NCBI GenBank assembly: GCA_011109175.1
Contig: RDEW01000034.1
Span: forward strand, 150,504-214,503
Length of the DNA stretch: 64,000 nt
From: Dicyema japonicum
Taxonomy: Eukaryota > Animalia > Dicyemida
Direction of reading: 5' to 3'
The translations under genes were made by a program, and so were the position numbers. How positions within the stretch are numbered: the stretch's first letter is position 1; the number at the start of each line of letters is the position of its first letter. The notes under the pieces were generated by a model. It was not told where the DNA came from. It made no database searches and saw nothing but the letters and a program-made list of their open reading frames with translations. Positions 1-12,282 of this stretch are shown piece by piece.

Positions 1-325
1 AAAGACTCCAGGTTCATAATAATTTTCAAATCCACGGATATTAGCAATGGAATGTAGTCACTGACCGGAAGAGTAATTGGTACGTCGGCGTGTTCTGAAA
101 TAGTAGGGGAAATCAAGAAGACACCAAGTTTGTCACCCCCGTAGGGAAAAAATGGTTATCTCTTTTCGGTGTAAGGACTTTTACTCTTAGGCTTTTTTGG
201 ATATAATTTAGAATTATATATGTCTCCACTAGAGATGGTGAACCAGATGAAATACGATAACAATTCAAGCTCCCTCAACTAAAAAAAGGAGGAGGAACAG
301 AAGAAACAAACAAAAAGACTCACTA

Positions 326-724
326 ATGACATTCTCACAACACATTGAAGAATTCTTGATAAAAGGCTCGGAATTGAATGTATTGGAAGTAATTATAAAA
401 AAAGTTCCTTCCCTCCTATTGACTGCATATCCAGACCATACAAAAAATTTAATAAGCATGTCCATCATGGAAGTTTGCGATATACTCATCCAAACGCAAC
501 AAACTAAATACAATAAGACAGAGCTACATGTTAGCATCCCACATTATATGAGAACATGGAGAATTAATATAAAAGAGTTTTATGGAAATTATTCTGAACT
601 GAAAGTTAAAAATGGAACCCAACTTACGTTGATTTATATTGACAAAATTGTGATAGAGAGTATGTTCATGAGATATTACACAGACCAACCTCCATCGATA
701 AAGATTCTTCATTTATTTAAATAA
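326..724 (+). CDS. Hypothetical intronless 132-aa ORF
   Basis: Open ATG-to-TAA frame in AT-rich DNA; no recognisable motif. Confidence 0.3.
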   Translation: MTFSQHIEEFLIKGSELNVLEVIIKKVPSLLLTAYPDHTKNLISMSIMEVCDILIQTQQTKYNKTELHVSIPHYMRTWRINIKEFYGNYSELKVKNGTQLTLIYIDKIVIESMFMRYYTDQPPSIKILHLFK

Positions 725-911
725 TTTATATATAATATAGATCCTAAGAAATTTGGTCGCAGAAAGAATAAGATTTGAAAGCCATGTTGAACCGATTACC
801 AGGTATAAGATCCTTAAATTGAAAAGATTATTTATTCATTATAAATAATATAATACAAATTTATAAATTCAAATAAAAAATTAAATTAAATTTATATTAA
901 GGTCATCAATT

Positions 912-1124
912 ATGGAAACACCTTCATTATATGCATTATGCATCAAAAATATTCGAACGAACGTTAAAGAACAAAAATATATAAAATTAAGCGATAAATC
1001 TAAGAAAATGATTTCCAAAAGAACTCTTAACGAATTGAAATATTTGATTCCTTACTCTAAGAGAGATCTACTTTTTAAAGATTCATTTTTAAATAAAATT
1101 TCAGATGTAGTGCAGAAGATATGT
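912..1124 (+). other. AT-rich ORF start with a BC-box-like motif (TPSLYALCIKNI), in frame with the downstream CRE fragment
   Basis: N-terminal part of ORF 912-1655; composition switches to GC-richer retroelement sequence near 1125. Confidence 0.35.
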
Positions 1125-1790
1125 ATTCGTATTGGAATCGCACAACGCCTGGGAGGTGATGTTTGCGTCGAACACCAATGTCGCTGTGGATGGATCGTCG
1201 ATGCCAAAGGGCTGCACCCGCTCTCGTGCAAAAGGAGTGCGGGCAGAGCACCACGCCATGCTGCTATGAACAACATTGTCTTGCGAGCTCTTGAAGCGGC
1301 AGGCTTCCCGGCAGTATTGGAACCTGTGGGATTGGACCGAGAAGATGGGAAAAGACCGGATGGGTTAACTATCTTTCCGTTCACTGAGGGAAAATCGCTC
1401 GTATGGGACTGCACTGTTGTGGATTCTTTCCCGAACTCGATGATGCTCAGCTCGCCGCAGTCTGCTGGATCGGCAGCCGATCTGGCCGAAAAAATCAAGA
1501 TTAAAAAATATGGCGAAATTGGAGACCGCTACCGTTTTGTACCGGTAGCAATCGAGACGTCTGGTGCGGCTGGAAGTATTACAGCCAATTTCCTAAAGGA
1601 AATCGGGGAAAATTGGCCCACCGCAAGAAAGACGTGCGGGAAGCGGTCTGGCTGAGGCAAAGAATTGGTATCGCAGTTATTCGCGGAAACGCTTACTCCG
1701 TGATGTCAGCAGCCGCTCTCCCCCATAGTTAATAAATAATATTTTATTGTTAATAAATTTTTGTTTAAAAAAAAAAAGAAAAAAAAGTTA
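1125..1790 (+). mobile_element. 5'-truncated CRE-like non-LTR retrotransposon (CCHC knuckle plus RLE endonuclease)
   Basis: CRCG..HPLSC, RHAAMNN, KRPDGLT, WDCTVVD, KKY, FVPVAIET motifs; A-rich tail about 1765-1786. Confidence 0.85.
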
Positions 1791-2539
1791 ATTGCTCCAC
1801 TTTAGACGATTGCCATTTTGTTTGATTGGCTGTTTAAATCGGACATTTAAAATCGATATTTAACGGCTCGTATTCAACCGTATTTTATTCTGAACCGGTC
1901 ACAGTTATTAACTATCAGATGGTTAATTTCGTAATGTCTCTTTAACATGTACTCTTTTTTATTGTTATTTCGAAATAACAGTGTATCTTTCTACTAACCA
2001 TCGTACAAAGTACTATCGTTCATATGTTTCCTGAAATACCCGTTTTTTAGGTATTTCAAGAATTAACGCCATTGACAGTTCCACAGTCTTCTCAGGTGGT
2101 CTCATTTTGATTACGACAGGATAAGCGTTCCACGATTTATTATAAGAAAATATTTCCCAGAACATAATTGTGACTAAAGACAAATAGAAAAATTGAGGTT
2201 AATTTATAGAGCACAAAACGCAAGAAAATATAATAAAAACTAAATAAACCAATTTAACGACAAATCACACCCGTTGAATGATTTCAGATTTAAATTCTTT
2301 AAGTAAAGTTAATATCGGAGCATATAAGAAAAATGTCAGACTTTTCGAGAAAAGGTTTTTTACTTGTCACTCAAGTTTAGATGAATTATCGCCAGAATTT
2401 AATAACATGACTCTTGTATTTTGTTATCAGCTAAAATAACAAACAATGTTAAATACATTAAAAATATTTCATAATGAAAAGTTCAAATTTTTACAAAAGT
2501 GTTATTAGTTCAAATAATTGTTGATGTTTGTAACATGTG

Positions 2540-4075
2540 TTAAAGTCTTGATATTATCTAAGCATCACCAATTTTTTGGTATATTTAGAACTCCAAGAAA
2601 AAGTAAATGATACTTCTTCTTGTTTAAAATCGAATACCGGATATTACAGCGAATACCGATTTATTTAAGAATGTTCGTGTGGCAGCTTCTAGAGGACGCT
2701 GAAAAGTATCAACAGTGTTATCAACGAAGATGGCAGCGGAGTGAAAGCTGTTACCTCTAGTGCTTCAAAACTTAACAGAAACTTGCAAACAATCTTATAA
2801 AATATTGTGTGTAATCGTATATGTGCAGCTTCTGTCATAATCAAAATCATGTCCAAGTTCATGGCAGAATGAAAAAAACTAATGACATTATAAACTACAA
2901 AAAACGTGCAAGAGAAAAACTGCATATAAAAAACTGGTAGAACAGATAGAAGAGCAGAGTATAAGACGAACCCTAAGTATTCATGTGCTCATGGATCACA
3001 CGGAAGTGCTCCAACTAATGTGCGTCTTCTGACATTGTCACTCTCCACTCTTTCAATTTTGATTGGAAGATTGGTTACGAATGAAACAGATCGAGTGCAA
3101 TTGAACTTAACAGATTTTCTTGTCTTGGAAGACACGAAGATTCTGACATGAGGTAAATTCTAAGTGTGTTTAGTTTGAAAAAGATAAATAAATCTGACGC
3201 TCTAGAATATTCGCGAATAGTTGAGATCTGAAAATTTCTAAGTTTATAATATAACTAATAAGCACTAATGAGTTAAAATGTCAATTTGATCCATCATAAA
3301 ATTGAACATATCAACTTACCCCGGTATAATGTGATGCGTTTTGGTCAGGTTTGACTGCCGCAAATTCATCTCGAGCGAGGTTTAACTGTACAGCGAAATT
3401 GCGTGGGATCCGGTGATGATTTTGTTCTGGTATGTGATTTCTTTAAATCCTCAGAAAAGTGGAAACTGAAGGAATATTTGTTGCTTGGAGGATGTTTTTT
3501 TATCTCAATACGGTTATGATAATGGGTAAAGGGGACATCAATGAGGTCAGAAATACTTGAGATACAGAAACCCTCACAAGGGGATATGATTTTCAAATTT
3601 CCTGTTATGGCCATCCTTCGACGCAATGGCCAGTCTCTCTTAGCATTTTGAACACGAATTGTTTGTAATGTCCTCTGTTTCCAAATAATTACCTCCAATA
3701 AATTGATAAAAATTAAAAATTTCCTTTTTGATTATCTGTTTGAAGACTTCAACTCATGGTAGATCTTGGGTATTCGGAACTAAGATCTTGGATAGTGGAT
3801 ATAAAAGGAAGTGAACTCTAGATTCTTTTCTGACAGATTTTTTGGAGGCGTTTAGAGTGCTTGCTCCCAAAATTATCGAGTTCGTCGAGACTTTCAGTAG
3901 GCTTGTACGAACACGAAAGAATGAATCCCAGATTCTTCAAAACATCAATTTCGCGGGGTAATTCTAATTAAGCTTTGATGTCTAATCTCCTAGTAACATC
4001 TCGTTTAATTATCATAACTCAACAATTTCGCTTAGTCTCTCATACATCATACAAAATAGGGTGTATCATCCATTC
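2540..4075. repeat. Diverged segmental duplication, inverted copy of about 30480-31880; decayed unidentified coding sequence
   Basis: Continuous nucleotide similarity by eye; shared peptide remnant KRKTAYKKLVEQIE..RTLSI..EVLPTNVRLLTL. Confidence 0.8.
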
Positions 4076-4240
4076 AAATTCAATAATATGCTATAACCAA
4101 AAATTGAATCATTCAGAGACACTTGTGAATTTCCAATAGAATGAAACAATTTATTAAACAAAACAGTTAACATAGATAACAAACACTAATTATAACGCCC
4201 GTTTTGCTGCTTTTTACAATTTTCCATGTATTTTTCATAG

Positions 4241-4720
4241 TTAATCCATCGGAATAGGGTTCTTTTTGATTTTCTCATCCTTATCAATTTCGTGATAAAT
4301 GAAAAGACACGATGTTCCATATTCACATAAAAAACTTTTGTGTTAGTTCCTGCAGAGATTTGTCTTGTATCCTGCTTTACGTGCTTTGTTCATTAACTTA
4401 GTTTCCTGATGCGAAAAGTAGCAGTTTTCCCCATGTATACACGTTCCAGTATCTAAAAAGTTCTTGCAAACCTTTTTCTGTCGTTATTCAAAATGAGTTT
4501 CAGAAGGGTTGTCTCCAGTTTCTCTTAAAGACATGTAGCACATTCCTAAATATCGCGAACAAAGCTTTAAATATCGTCAAATTTCGTGTATTATGAAATT
4601 CTTTCAAAATAATTATGAAATGCTGAGTTGATCTTTTAAAATAAGTGAGACGTGTCATATTCATCCAAGACTATATTTGAAATATATGAAGGCCTTACTT
4701 CTCTTTAGGTAGTCTAACAT
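4241..4720 (-). pseudogene. TIS11/ZFP36-like tandem CCCH zinc-finger gene, disrupted
   Basis: CKNFLDTGTCIHGENCYFSH, 18-aa linker ending GYKTNL, then CRN*HKSFLCEYGTSCLFIYH (C-x8-C-x5-C-x3-H spacing) at about 4292-4468; in-frame stops. Confidence 0.75.
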
Positions 4721-5224
4721 CCTCCTACCAGTTATTTTCAAATCGACATTAGTAACGATCTTCACCGCCCTCATGGGGATCATCCATTCGTTTTCGAGAC
4801 CAAAAATCTCTTCGACTATTCGAAAAGTGCGACAATCTACCGACAAGGTGGGTCCAATGGCTGCCATGATAGACGATTAAAAGGTCATAGTCAGGCATTA
4901 CTCTAAGGTGATAATCTATCGACTCTCTCTGGAGATAGTTTGCATTATATCTCTCCCAAACTAACAAAAAGTAATCAAATTCATCGAATGGTCCCAGACG
5001 GTGAACGTAGGGAGGCAATTTTTGCTTTTCAGGAGAAATGTATTTTAGTTATGGTGGAGAATGAGAAAATAATTCACACGTGCACTGATAGATTTCCGAT
5101 TGCAGGATTTATACTCTGGTTGGATTATGAATACAAAAGATGAGCCAAAGTGGTCTCCAAAAACATAACCCTCTCTCACGATAAATATCCCTTTTTTACT
5201 GTTTGAATTTTACTAGTTTCTTCA

Positions 5225-6990
5225 TTATTATTATTATTAGCACTTTCAAAGACAAAAAAATGTAATTTATTTAATTAAGGTTCCGCATTTGCCGTATTTA
5301 TCTTCAGGTTATTCTTTCTCCCACAATTCTCTTAACTAACTTCCTCCATGCTCCACGGTTACTGGCAATTATTCTGAAAGTATCCAGATCATCTTCTGTT
5401 TTCAGCTTTCGTCCTACATTAATCAGGTCTTTGTGTAGAACCTCTGGCAAAGTTATGCGAGGTCTTCCACGGAACGAGGTATTCACTTCTGGGCAGAAAT
5501 AGTTCCCATTGCTATTTTAGCAGGCGTCATCTGGCTCATTCGAAAGATGTGACCAAACAGACGCCATCTTGATTCAATGATATCCTGACTCAATGGTCTC
5601 GTATTACATACTTCGTATAGATTATTGATTGTAATTTTTTTGGCCAGTTGATACCAAGCAACAGTCGGAGATGTTTAGTCTTTTACGTATTGATTTTGAT
5701 GAACCATTTTTCTAAGACATCGGGCATCTTTGTCCGTATATAGTTTAATGTTTTCTCGTCGCTGGATATATAGTCGAATCATCTGCATAAATCACTTCAA
5801 TTTGAGGTAAATCGCCAATTTATAGTCTGAAGTCTCTGAGTGCCGCCTCCAGATAAGTCACAAAAATTACCGGTGACAAGGAATCTCCCTGCGCTACCCC
5901 GAACGTATTCTCGAATGGGACAGACTCCGAATTTCCAAAACGTACACTTAGCTGAGCTGTTCCAATAATAGACGGATCATTCTGACACTTTCCTCGACAA
6001 CCAACTTCTCGACAACCTTCGTTCTTTTCTTTATTTTATACAGGGTTCCGCATGTCTCTTAGAGTGTGTTCCTTTGCCTGGTCCTGACGGGTTTCCACCG
6101 GTAAACGTAGGTTCCTCTGCAATTTAGATAGTTCTTCAAACTCGTGTCATAGTGTCCGTTAAATACTTCGGTTTTACTCCAACTGCTGAATGGGCCGTGG
6201 ACTTTATTGCATCGATGATGTCTCGCCACAGCTCCCCAGGCATTTTTTCTTTATTCCACTGTCTGATCTTTTCTCTCAATGTATTTTGATAGCTATCCCG
6301 AGTCGGTCCCACCATGCAGAGTTGCTCTACTGCGAACCTCCTCTCAGATGTCCTCATGTCAGCCGCTTTATAAACCACAAATATCGTTTGAAAAGGAAAC
6401 GTGCCACAACTATTCTGTGATCACTGTCTACTAGTGTCCCAATGTAGCTCCAAGAATCTGTTAGCAGTACCTTGTATGCAGATATGTAATCTATTTGGTT
6501 TTATATAGGCTTGATAGTCTTACGACAGAAAGGAATAGAAGTCGTCTAGTTCGTCTCCATTGATTGAGACTCTCACCGAAGTTGGTACATATAGATTAAT
6601 AATGGAGATTATGGAATTGTTCCTTTCACCGTATTTAATTGTAAAACACATATTCTATCACTCACCCTCCACGTCTTGTGAATTCAATTGTTCAGTTCTT
6701 TTTGTATTGCAAATCCCATGCCATAGTGTGGGCAATTCGAAGGGTGCAGAATCAGGCGGAAATCATTTGATTTCATCTAGTCCGCCTTTTACTTTCGTTT
6801 CCTGTAAGCACGCAACGGTTACCTTGTACGATCCAAGATCCACGCATAAATTTCTTCTTTTAGATCCGACTTTAATCCTCTTACATTGAACGAGCTAATG
6901 GTGAAAGATCCCGAAGAAAAGCACGAAAAAGACATGTGTGCAATAGAGCCACGTCACCAGCTCAACCAAAAAATTCTTCATTAAAAACTT
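5225..6990 (-). mobile_element. RTE-like LINE, internally deleted and frameshifted (APE plus RT)
   Basis: FNVRG, CLQETK, GMGFAIQK, GVAQGDSLSP, YADD, C-terminal FRGRPRITL..HKDL; (taa)n-like tail near 5225-5240. Confidence 0.8.
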
Positions 6991-7095
6991 ACAAAAATAA
7001 CTGATAAGACAAGAAAGTCGTCACATAAAGTTTAAATTTAAAATATTTTTAAATTAATTTTATTTTAACTAAATTTTATTTATTTAAATTTAAAG

Positions 7096-7515
7096 GTCTC
7101 AAGACCTTTTGCAGACTGTGGAGGTGGAGAAAAAAAGGAAGTATGACTTTCTTGCAAACGAGATGGGCAGATGCTTGGTTGCAAGGTCCTCGTTATTCCT
7201 ATAGTAATGACGTGGGAAGGAATTGCAACAAAGTACCACAAGGGTTATCTGAAGCAGTTGGGGGTAGATAGGAAGCTCCAGGCCTATCTACAGTCCACTG
7301 TGTTAAAGCGGACCCTAGAGAGCCTGACACTGGAGTATAGGAGGCAGAGCCCTGAGATGCCATATGGGCAGAGGGTTCAATTGGACAAGGCGCTCTCGGA
7401 GTTGTTTCAGCAACCAGAATCGAACTGCCTGAGGAGGCTGGCGAACAGGCAGGGGAGGAAGGTTGTTGATTAAATATATTAACTTTTTTATTGTTTGTTA
7501 AATAAAATATTGATA
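7096..7515 (+). mobile_element. 5'-truncated R4/Dong-like element, family A
   Basis: Near-identical to 39900-40315; flanked by 14-bp TSD ATTTAAATTTAAAG (7082-7095 and 7516-7529). Confidence 0.9.
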
Positions 7516-8999
7516 ATTTAAATTTAAAGTAAGTCTATTCTTAAGTCATGTTACCGTCTGTCATGTGGTTCGCCTTGTCAGGTGGCGTCAGATACAAGCC
7601 AAAAGTGTATCCAAAAAGAACCATTTGTAAACAAGGAGTTCCTCCTTTTTGGTTCATAAAATTAAATTCATTAAAATTCTATTAATCTGAACGGAAAGGC
7701 AAATAAACTAGAATCTACTGTCCACGACATTCATGATAATTTAGTCTAGCGATTGCGGACATTCAGGATGACAAACTCTTTCTCCGATGGTTAAAATCTG
7801 GTTGTTTTTATATTGAATTTCAGGTATATTGATGGCGAAAGACTTGAGTTCAGAAGACTGCCACAAAATTATTTAATTGATCGACAAACAGTTCAAAAAC
7901 CAAAATTCTACCCTTGGAAATACTCAACCCTGGTTTTAAGGTTACTCTCAGAGTAATTGTTAGTTCCTGACGGATTCATCCTACGATTGGAGGTCGGAAG
8001 ATAAGGTAAGGGATTGGACTAAAGAGTTCCTTTTCCAAATTCTTCTCTTCATGAAATCCAAAAAATAATGGACTTTTGACTGAGTTGAAGCCGAACTATA
8101 TTGTCCTCGATTGATCTATTGACAGGTAAATCTTTTAGGTCTCTGAATATGTCTCCTACTCTCTCGAAATGGTCTTTATCATGCCTAACTTTGTTTTCAT
8201 GTTTTAATATTTCAGGACTTTATTTTTAATGGAAAATTGTAAATTGGTTTACCTTCGTCTCCCTGATTCGGCTTCGAGTTATATTTGCCTGTTTGAACGA
8301 ATCTTTCAACGCTCGGTCACTCACTGAGCTTCCTGTGATCTCTAGTCTCACGGTCCTCATTTAATTGGAAAAATCCAAATATTTAATTGTGACCTCAAAT
8401 TCTACTTGACTTTTCTCACTATGGTAGATTTGGAAAATTATTTTACTTCCGGAGTTTTCGAAATTGTAAATAGCACTTCTTATTGTGTCAGTAATACCCC
8501 ATGGACAGATTGTTTATAGGATCTAAGAAAAGAGGTGGATTGATGGTTCTGATTTGTTATAAAAATTAGATCACTTCGTCAATCATGTGGTTAGTCTCAA
8601 CATTGATATGCATGATTCTTAGTTTGTCTGATTTTTTAATGGTTTCATTATTTTTTAGAGGGATACCCGACTATCGATTAAAATGTAGATTAATGCCTTG
8701 TTTAATGAAAATGAATTTAGACACTATTGGAGATCTGTACATTCAACGAAATCGACAGCAGATTCTCTAAAAGCCTAATAATAATGAAGATAATATCAGA
8801 AGAGGTCGAAGTCCAGTGAAAAGATGTTAACATACTCTGAATCTTTGTGTTATCAATACTAACTCATACTAACCCAATTAAAGTATTATTGAGATAACGA
8901 CAGTAGTCAATCATTAATGACACTTCGTCAATCAAAAACGACAATAGTCAATCAATACGATATTATTATCTATTTAAGCACTTCACGAGAGCACTGCAT

Positions 9000-9560
9000 G
9001 TGCNGGACCTTCTCTAACACTTCAGTTTTAGCTGTCAAATAAAGAATGATGTCATCCCCTATGAGAGTTATTTGTTTTAGGGAGACAAATCTACCTGCAT
9101 CAAACCAATTCCACATTTGATGAGTAAACGTGGACAACGACGTAATTAACTACGGTCGACGGTCTTATCCAAGTATCTTCTACATATTCTGATACAGGTT
9201 GAACTTATGGGAGCTTGTCGTAATCACACGATGTTCAAAGAAATGAGCAACCCTTGGAAAATCAATACCTCCTTTTTCAAAATTGTAAAAATCAATTCAT
9301 AAATACCTCCTTTTTCAAAATCAGTCATAATTGTGGTCGGTGACGGTTCTAAAGACTTTAATTCGGAATAAGTGATTTATAGCTTCCTTCAGTTCATTTA
9401 CTCATTGGAACACATACAAGAGGCAAAACGTCATTATTTATTGCGCCATGAATGGTGTACAGTCGGTTAAGTAATTTATTTGGAATCCTGAATCATCATA
9501 TAGTCTAAGTCTCCATGAATCTAAATTTGTCAACTCGTTGCTTACGTTGTCGAAAATGAC
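9000..9560 (-). mobile_element. MULE (Mutator-like) transposase remnant
   Basis: LYTIHG..VLPLV, IMTDFEKG, YVEDTWI, MWNWF..LPKTNN..GW motifs across broken frames. Confidence 0.7.
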
Positions 9561-10198
9561 AATATAATTGAGTATTTTCTTTTTTTATCTTAAACTTTCT
9601 GACTAGACACGTGGTCAATTTCATGAAATCAAATGATATTGAATGGAGTCAATTTGGATCAATATGTACTGACCGAGCTCCTTTTATACTGCGTTATTGC
9701 TCAGGATTCCTCGGTCTCGTCAAAAAATGAATACTCATATTAAATCATTGTTTTCTTGCACAGATATCGTCTTGCTTCAAAAACATTACGGCAGAGATGA
9801 AGGAAGTTCTTGACCAAGTTATAATAATTATTAATATCATCCGTTCTAATGTAATGAAAAACTTTTACAGTTGTATATGTAATTAAAAACTCAAAATAGC
9901 TCACTAACTGTAGGAAACTATTAAGTGATACGCGACAAATGCCGGTATCTCCCAAAGATCTGTCAACTTTGGGGTGTAGACAGGCAGCATACAAGTTCGG
10001 GACAATCAAAAGGGTGATTTGCAGTCAACTCATAACAAAAAACACCATTCGCATCATCCAGATACGTGCGTATTTTAATAAGAGGATACGTCATAAAAGT
10101 GAGAAGGACATTAATTGAACAAGACTACACAAAAGTTAAACTAAATAAAAAATAAAATTAAAATGTTGTTAATTATTTTTAAATGGATTAAATTTAAA

Positions 10199-10915
10199 TT
10201 AGTTATTTCGATAATGATTTATTGCTGTTTTATTAATGATGCAAATGTCCCTAAGATCTCTGAAATGTTCATTATAGTCTATTCCAAATCTCACGATAAA
10301 TCTGTCTGGTACACTAAACCCCACATCAGCTAATAATTTAAAATGCAAACATTCTGGTGTCCCATTCTGTCCTGTAATTCGTTTTTGGCAGAGAATTGCT
10401 AACCTGACTGAATTTGGTTCAAAATCTGAGATGACTTTAATCAGTTTAGAGAGGGTTAACCCAGTATCGAGTATATCATCGACAATCAAGACGTTCTAAC
10501 AATTTACAGGAATCAGTTACATTCTGAAATACACATTCAAGGCAATAGTCACGTTTCCTGTAGATTTGTCGTTCTATCAATATAATAACGTTTCTACCGC
10601 GTAACTGCTAGCTTTGATGAATTCTGGTCTGATTTTCACATAATCTGAGATTGAACAGTCAGAATTCAGCCTTTCAATAGCATCCACGGAAAAACTTAAA
10701 GCCCCCTTTAAGGAGGCACACCATGACTAGTTCCTGCCCTCTTGAATCATTCCAAATTTCCTGTGCCATTGCATCAATTCTTTAATAATTGAAAAACTAC
10801 CGATTTATAATCACATCGCGGCTAATCATAACACTTTCAATATGATCCGTTAATATTAGGTGAACTTCATTCTTATCTGTGTGAATACATAAGTCGGGGA
10901 TTTTCAATGATTCAT
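10199..10915 (-). pseudogene. HPRT: Hypoxanthine-guanine phosphoribosyltransferase with four micro-introns and apparent frameshifts
   Basis: RIDAMAQEI, CLLKGGFKFF, FIKASSY, NVLIVDDILDTG, VGFSVPD, DYNEHFRDL; introns 10780-10800 (21 nt), 10574-10597 (24), 10496-10520 (25), 10330-10350 (21); frame breaks near the start, after KFF and in the NDKSTG exon. Confidence 0.9.
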
Positions 10916-10949
10916 AATTTATTTATTTATTTAACACCCAAGACCACGG

Positions 10950-12185
10950 TAAAACCAAAACTAACTATCACGTGATCCCGATGCGTTCCGCCAAAATCCT
11001 CATTCTTTCCCGGTGCTCCTCCCTCGTACCCACACAAGCTCGTACTGGGCGGCTGACTGTATTTGCAGGGCCACCTTCCCGCATGCCGGAGTTTTGTTTA
11101 ATGAGGGCCTCCAGAGTAGTCGGTCCGGTTCTGTGTCTCCCACAAGACCACCGCTCCGTCATTCTGAAAGCCTTCTTTTGAACGTCCTCAATTTTTCTTA
11201 GTGTTCGTCCATGATAATGAAGGTCCCCACGAAGCACACGCGTACGAGAAGCATGGTTCGATGTATTGCTTGTAAATGTTCATCAAGACTGGGTGGGTAC
11301 CTGTCTTCCATATTCCAGATAAACATTTTAATACATTGATCCTCTTCTCGCACTTCAGAACAATGTTTGCCACGTGTGGTGACAAACATAAGTGTGTATC
11401 CAGTGTCACGCCCAGGATCTTCTGACATTTGGTGAAGGGGATTTCAATGTTGTCCAATTTTAACTTGACAGTCATCTTCCCCAACCTTTTGTCCGAAGTA
11501 AACATAGACGTGACCGACTTTCTGGAATTTATCGTGAGTCGGTTCTTCATTACCCAGGCGTTGAGTCGGTCCAGGTTAATTTGTAATCTTTCTGTAGCAT
11601 TTTGGATATCCCGATCACGCGAGGCCAAAACAATGTCGTCCGCATATGTGAGTAGAACATCGTTATTGGATTCCGGTGTCGGGAGGTCTGCCAGGTATAA
11701 ATTGAATAAGGCGGGGGATAAAGGAGAACCTTGGGGGATACTGTTTGGGAGAAGACGTGAGACTGATTTCAGTCTTCCAAGGCATGCACGTCCCCTTCGT
11801 CCATTTAAGAAATTTGTTATCCAAAGTTTAAGCTTCCCGGGATCTGCACTGGAGGGGTTTCCACAATTGCAAGTATGGACGTCTTTTACCTTTTATGTTG
11901 ATTCCGGATGGACACTGTTTCTGTAGATGTGGAAACTGGATACACTTAATTAGTTGTTTCCTTAACTTCTTTCTTGGTGTATCTGGGGTTAATAAATAAA
12001 TAAGATTGTAGAAGGGTAGGGAAAGTCGAAAGTTTCTCTTCCATGCAAAACTTGAACTGAGCACCATCACAACAACAGGTGAACCACGCTTTCCCTCCTA
12101 CTGCTTGTATCAGCAAAGTACATCTCCAAGTTATTGTGCCGACGATTGAATATGCCTGTTCTGCCTAGAGATTCGCTATTCCGTA
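10950..12185 (-). mobile_element. I-group (Ingi/Vingi/Nimb-like) LINE, RT and 3' part
   Basis: PQGSPLSPALFNLY, YADD, KILGVTLD, KRINVLKCLSG; runs into the N gap. Confidence 0.8.
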
Positions 12186-12282
12186 NNNNNNNNNNNNNNN
12201 NNNNNNNNNNNNNNNNNNNNNNNNNNNNNNNNNNNNNNNNNNNNNNNNNNNNNNNNNNNNNNNNNNNNNNNNNNNNNNNNNN
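12186..12282. other. Assembly gap (N run)
   Basis: Run of N bases. Confidence 1.

Noticed and set aside
1052-1498. Antisense ORFs over retroelements (also 11429-11926, 14753-15070, 39032-39415, 53752-54042)
   Set aside because: Shadow frames of RT/RLE coding strands
4749-5018. Ulp1/SENP protease (HGSHWTHLV)
   Set aside because: Only the His-Trp motif; no Asp or Cys catalytic motifs seen
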